Below are positions 59,725-64,000 of a stretch of 64,000 nt of DNA, piece after piece. Made by a program: the position numbers and the translations under genes. Location: assembly GCA_051294905.1 (NCBI GenBank), contig CM119371.1, positions 15,874,001 through 15,938,000 of the forward strand. The letters are read 5' to 3'. The DNA is from Botryllus schlosseri (taxonomy: Eukaryota). Below the pieces are notes generated by a model, which worked only from the letters and a program-made list of their open reading frames with translations, had not been told where the DNA came from and ran no database searches. Every line of letters begins with the position of its first letter. The stretch's first letter is position 1.

Positions 59725-61335
59725 TCAACGCGATAGTTTGATGTATTTGATGTACGACGCGCAGCACGCCTCCATGTCGCCAGCACTGCGCCGGGTAGGC
59801 CGCAGGTCTTTAGCTGTAATTTCCAGCCGACAAAGCTCAAAGGTTTTGACCTCAGTTCCCAGCTCGCCTCCGAAAATGTATAGCTTGTCGGCTAGGTAAA
59901 CCGTGGCGTTGCGGCATTGTATCTCAAAACCGCTCAAGATCTGCCACTGTCTTGTCCAGGTATTATGGAATTCAACTGTACGCGAGTAACCTCCCATGGC
60001 GTACAAGAAACCGTTGTACTGGATTGCAGCGCCGTACGCTCGACCCATGACCATGGAAGCGACAGCACCGTAGCGCTTTTCCATCAACTTAAATTTTGCA
60101 ACAGTTTTGCTATCTCCAACGGCACCTGTCCGTGCAACTCCACCAAGAAGGTAAACTGTAGTATCAAATCCCAAAAGGAAGAATCCTTCCGTAAATACCG
60201 TCATCGAGCGATGATGCAGTTCATGAACACGATGTGAAAAAATATCGAACATGACAGTGTGGCTAACGGTAATCATAATCACCCATCGCCCGGCGCATGC
60301 GACCCTACTATAATGAGAGATCGATAGGCGATCCTTTGCTGTTCGGTGCAGACACTTCCACCCTACCTCGGAAAATGAATGCAGAGACATACCATCGCCC
60401 ACGTAGAGTATCCCGTTATATTCCGCGACCGATTGATGCCAGTGGATTGCTGATGGTAACTCTCCTACTGTCCACTCCTCGTCACTCAAATCGTATTGAT
60501 ATACTAATCTCGTTGATTTATTAATGGAGGTTATATGACTCGGTGACGTGATACGTTTCTGCACCCTGGGCAACATACAGATACAAAATCGTCGGACATA
60601 CTTTAGGCTCGTCATACACCCGTCAATGATGTTCTCGCTGGCAATATGTTTCTTGATAAAATCACGAGAAAGGTATTTTAGTTCGATGCTTTGAAACAAG
60701 TAGTGGAACAATGTTTCTCTTTTCTCGATATCTACATTCGTCCAGACCATCAGCCCGTGCCATTTTAACTCTTCCGTCTTGGGAGAGGCTCCTTGCAACA
60801 ACGCGTAACAGTAGAGAACCATATCGTGATCGAACCATTTGAAATCTTCAGATTTTACGACCTCTTCCAGATTAGCGTTGAGAAATCTCCCGAGCTGCTT
60901 ATTTATTTGTGTCTTATTTTTATGGAACAAACACATGCCAATGACTTCACTGAAATTGTTCAGATCAATATTTTCCAACATAAATTCCACACTGAGATCG
61001 AATAAATCCGGCAGCTGCATCACTGTCCCGGTATCCATCAGGCCTTTTACTGTAGCCATGGACAGCCTCACAGACCCCAAGTAAATGAAATCGACTAATT
61101 CCTTAACAACATCGGGATGAATTGGCGATAAGTCTATGATTCCGGTTTCGGCTTCGTGCGTGTCGTCTGATAACATCCGTCTGAAATATCCTGTTGACGC
61201 GGCCAGCACACATTTATGCGCCATAACTTGGTAATCGCCGCTTTTTATCGTTATGTCGCAAAAGTCACCGTTGGATTTCAAATTCGACAGCAGATTTGCG
61301 GTATGCGATCGAGACTTCTTGTAGACGAGCTCCAT
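59725..61335 (-). CDS. BTB-BACK-Kelch (kelch-like) protein, 536 aa, no introns in the CDS
   Basis: BTB motif FCDITIK...AHKCVLAASTGYFRRMLSDD and Kelch-like VYLLGG, LYAMGG, LYIFGG. The C-terminus RSAGDMEACCASYIKYIKLS is nearly identical to that of the 2600 gene. Confidence 0.93.
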   Translation of the reverse strand: MELVYKKSRSHTANLLSNLKSNGDFCDITIKSGDYQVMAHKCVLAASTGYFRRMLSDDTHEAETGIIDLSPIHPDVVKELVDFIYLGSVRLSMATVKGLMDTGTVMQLPDLFDLSVEFMLENIDLNNFSEVIGMCLFHKNKTQINKQLGRFLNANLEEVVKSEDFKWFDHDMVLYCYALLQGASPKTEELKWHGLMVWTNVDIEKRETLFHYLFQSIELKYLSRDFIKKHIASENIIDGCMTSLKYVRRFCICMLPRVQKRITSPSHITSINKSTRLVYQYDLSDEEWTVGELPSAIHWHQSVAEYNGILYVGDGMSLHSFSEVGWKCLHRTAKDRLSISHYSRVACAGRWVIMITVSHTVMFDIFSHRVHELHHRSMTVFTEGFFLLGFDTTVYLLGGVARTGAVGDSKTVAKFKLMEKRYGAVASMVMGRAYGAAIQYNGFLYAMGGYSRTVEFHNTWTRQWQILSGFEIQCRNATVYLADKLYIFGGELGTEVKTFELCRLEITAKDLRPTRRSAGDMEACCASYIKYIKLSR

Positions 61336-62575
61336 CGTTTAGCCTTTTTTGCTTTAATGTATTAGGGAATATTGTAAGACTGAAATAGACAATGGCATAA
61401 TGTGAATCTCCGCAACCCATCGTCTACAACTGGATTGGAATGTCAGGCATAAGGCGAGTTCACTCCCAATTCTCGTGCGATTCCAAATTGCGACTCCGAC
61501 TCAGCTCATAAATATTTTATGAACTGTAATTCCGGCTCAATTTGAATACCTCTAATCCGGTGGTTCCCAACCGGTGGCTAATTCTGCACTTGTGGAGAAT
61601 TGAGGGGTTTCTCGTGGTGACCAGACGCAGTTGCAAAATAAATACATAGATACACATATAACACGAGACATAACACCACGATGACGGTAACCACTTTGCA
61701 CTGTGGCCTGGACGGTATGAGTCACTACTTTTAAGGCGTGTGGATCATAAAAACTCATTTTGAATTCTGGATAACCAATATTGCGGTCAAAAACACGTTT
61801 AGCACGAGCAACATGACGTGCAATAAAGCCTTCGCATAATTTTGTGGGATACCAATACACAGGAAGTTCTATGTTGCAGTAAAATGCGATTGTTCATGTC
61901 CACTGTCAGGCATCCCAGGGTTTATGGACGTATAAGCAATAAGCTAATAACTTGTCCGTGACATCCGGCCACTCCGGTGAATTAAAAGTTTGATAAAAAG
62001 TATAATGACCAAAGTTAAAACAAAGTACCAGCAGTTAACTCGACTTCGGATTCACGCTAATTAAAAAAAAAAAGATCAACCACCACAATCATTGGTTTTC
62101 TCACACGGGTCGTCCCTATCAATCCTTACCAAACAACTCCAACTCAAAACGGATCGCGGGCCGCATGAATCAGTATCGATTTGAAATAGGCCACATAGAT
62201 TAACAACCACGGTTTGAAAACTTTACGCCAGTACAGTGCCGTGCTCTCTAACACAGGCGACGAGCATAGTTACCACAATATAAATGATATCTTAACAAAA
62301 GAGTACAAATACAACATTCCTCAATTATATTCTATTTTTAACCATGAGCGGCGCACGATACCTGACAACACCTTTCGACGGCTGAAGAATCGATATTGGG
62401 GCTAGCTAGACACGGTACTTGCCGGAAAACTATCTCCTCGTAAAGATTGATCTTATGGGGAAGCCCCAGGTCGTTTTCGAAACGACTTGGTCTTGACAGT
62501 TTCTGGGCCATTAAACGGCAAGGTAATTTCCCCTATTTCATATCAGCTAATTCTCCTTACATGGAGTGCTATTAT

Positions 62576-63018
62576 TTGGGTTGCATTTAAACAAATGGTT
62601 GTTTAAAACACTTTTTTGGAAACATGTTTTAAAGAGTGTATTAAACAAAGGCATTTTTTCAAGAAAATGTGTTTTTTTTAAGTTGTAACATCATGCCATA
62701 ATTGTGTAAATACTTTCCAAAAAACATGTTGTATGAGCCTTCGGACAATTACCACCCGGTATAGCCGACGTATACGATATGGGATGGTTGGAACCCTCAA
62801 AATAGTCGGTTCAACAACTATAGTATACGTAGATATTTCGTCAAAGGAGCTGTAGTTACCATATATTTCCAATTGTCAATGCCTTTCCGTTATGACGTCA
62901 CAACTGAATACTCGTGACGTCACGGCGTTAAAAAAAAAACAGTAAACACATGTTTTAAAAATGGACTTGTTTTAAACATGTTTGTTTCAAATTGATTTTT
63001 GTTTTAAATGCAGCCCTA
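62576..63018. mobile_element. TAGGGTTGCATTT-family MITE
   Basis: Ends are TTGGGTTGCATTTAAA and TTTAAATGCAGCCCTA. Flanks GCTATTAT/GCTATTTC. Confidence 0.8.
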
Positions 63019-63923
63019 GCTATTTCAATAGCTGGAGGCGTATTAGCTAGTGAGGGATAGTGATGTTGCGCACATGAGAATAACACATTTTGAACAACAA
63101 CAACAATATTCTGCAACGGAAATCAAGTTTAGCATTCCAAAATACTTTAGTTGGCGTTCTTTCGAAATCTCAAATTAGGCCGCGTGTTGGTAACATGGCT
63201 CTAAGCAATACCGAATTGTGTTGTGGGAAGGGTTGTATAGATTGATTTGAGGGATGGGGAAGAAAAACCCGAAAGAAATCAGAATTGGGGATCGAAGGAA
63301 AAAAGGTTGGGATCCACTACTGACTACTGTATTCCAGTTTCCAATACAAGTCACACTATAGGATATATTAGACTACCATCCTATTGGAAGCGGGTGAAGT
63401 TGTTCTGCTACTCTGACACCCGACCTTTCACTAATTGAATGACGGACTCTATATCATACTCGAGATCGAGGGTGGCCAGTAACGGAGTATTTCTGCTTTC
63501 ACGGAGCACGCAAGTAAGTTTTGCACACTGGCACTATACTTCATAAAGAGGTTACTGGTTATGCTGACTACTCTCAGTGACAATTATTTGTTAGCCTACA
63601 CTTTTGACTTTAGAAAGTATAAAATTGTTTTAAGGCAATCAGTCTGCTTAACTTTAAAGGGTGAAATCGTGATGACGACTGGGTGCATTAGTATCAATGT
63701 ATATATATATTCGAAGATAGCAACTGTTTGTGATGTCATTAGTGTTTTGCGGTTAGTCTCGAAGATATGCATCATACAATACCAGAAGTATGGCGGTATC
63801 CATACTGAAGGTATGCGATCCATCAATCAAATCTACTTGTTTTTTAAACTAAACACTGACGAAGTGCTGTTACGACCCTGCAATGATTGCTCAGCCTGGA
63901 CTATAATACATGCAATGTAAAAC

Positions 63924-64000
63924 CAGGGTTGTAATGACTCGAGTCATGACTCGATTCGAGTCCGACTCGAATCAAGATTTTCTGATGACTCGACTTAAAT
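63924..64000. mobile_element. Left end of a GACTCGAGTC-family MITE, cut by the window edge
   Basis: CAGGGTTGTAATGACTCGAGTCATGACTCG, as at 20690. Confidence 0.8.

Overview
This is AT-rich, repeat-dense eukaryotic (animal) genomic DNA. A marine invertebrate such as a tunicate is plausible, but the taxon is inferred and not shown. The window holds a local cluster of BTB-BACK-Kelch genes with uninterrupted coding regions. Two are intact paralogues (2600-4216 +, 59725-61335 -), one is frameshifted near its 3' end (22335-23923 +), and two are pseudogenes broken by transposons (16175-16517 +, ~32590-34790 -). The spacers are largely nested mobile elements: many hAT-type MITEs with 8-bp TSDs, a TA-flanked pogo-like element, tRNA-derived SINEs sharing a central domain, CR1/L2-type LINE 3' ends, a 2.9-kb foldback-like element, and two 5'-truncated Penelope-like retroelements. 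Main observations: (1) both Penelope copies carry a minimal hammerhead ribozyme with a possible loop-II pseudoknot; (2) a split TSD records a ~10.4-kb inversion that flipped one Kelch gene; (3) a 3.4-kb composite element carries cargo between MITE ends; (4) a splice-acceptor motif is conserved just upstream of the Kelch start codons. All alignments were done by eye and no database searches were run.
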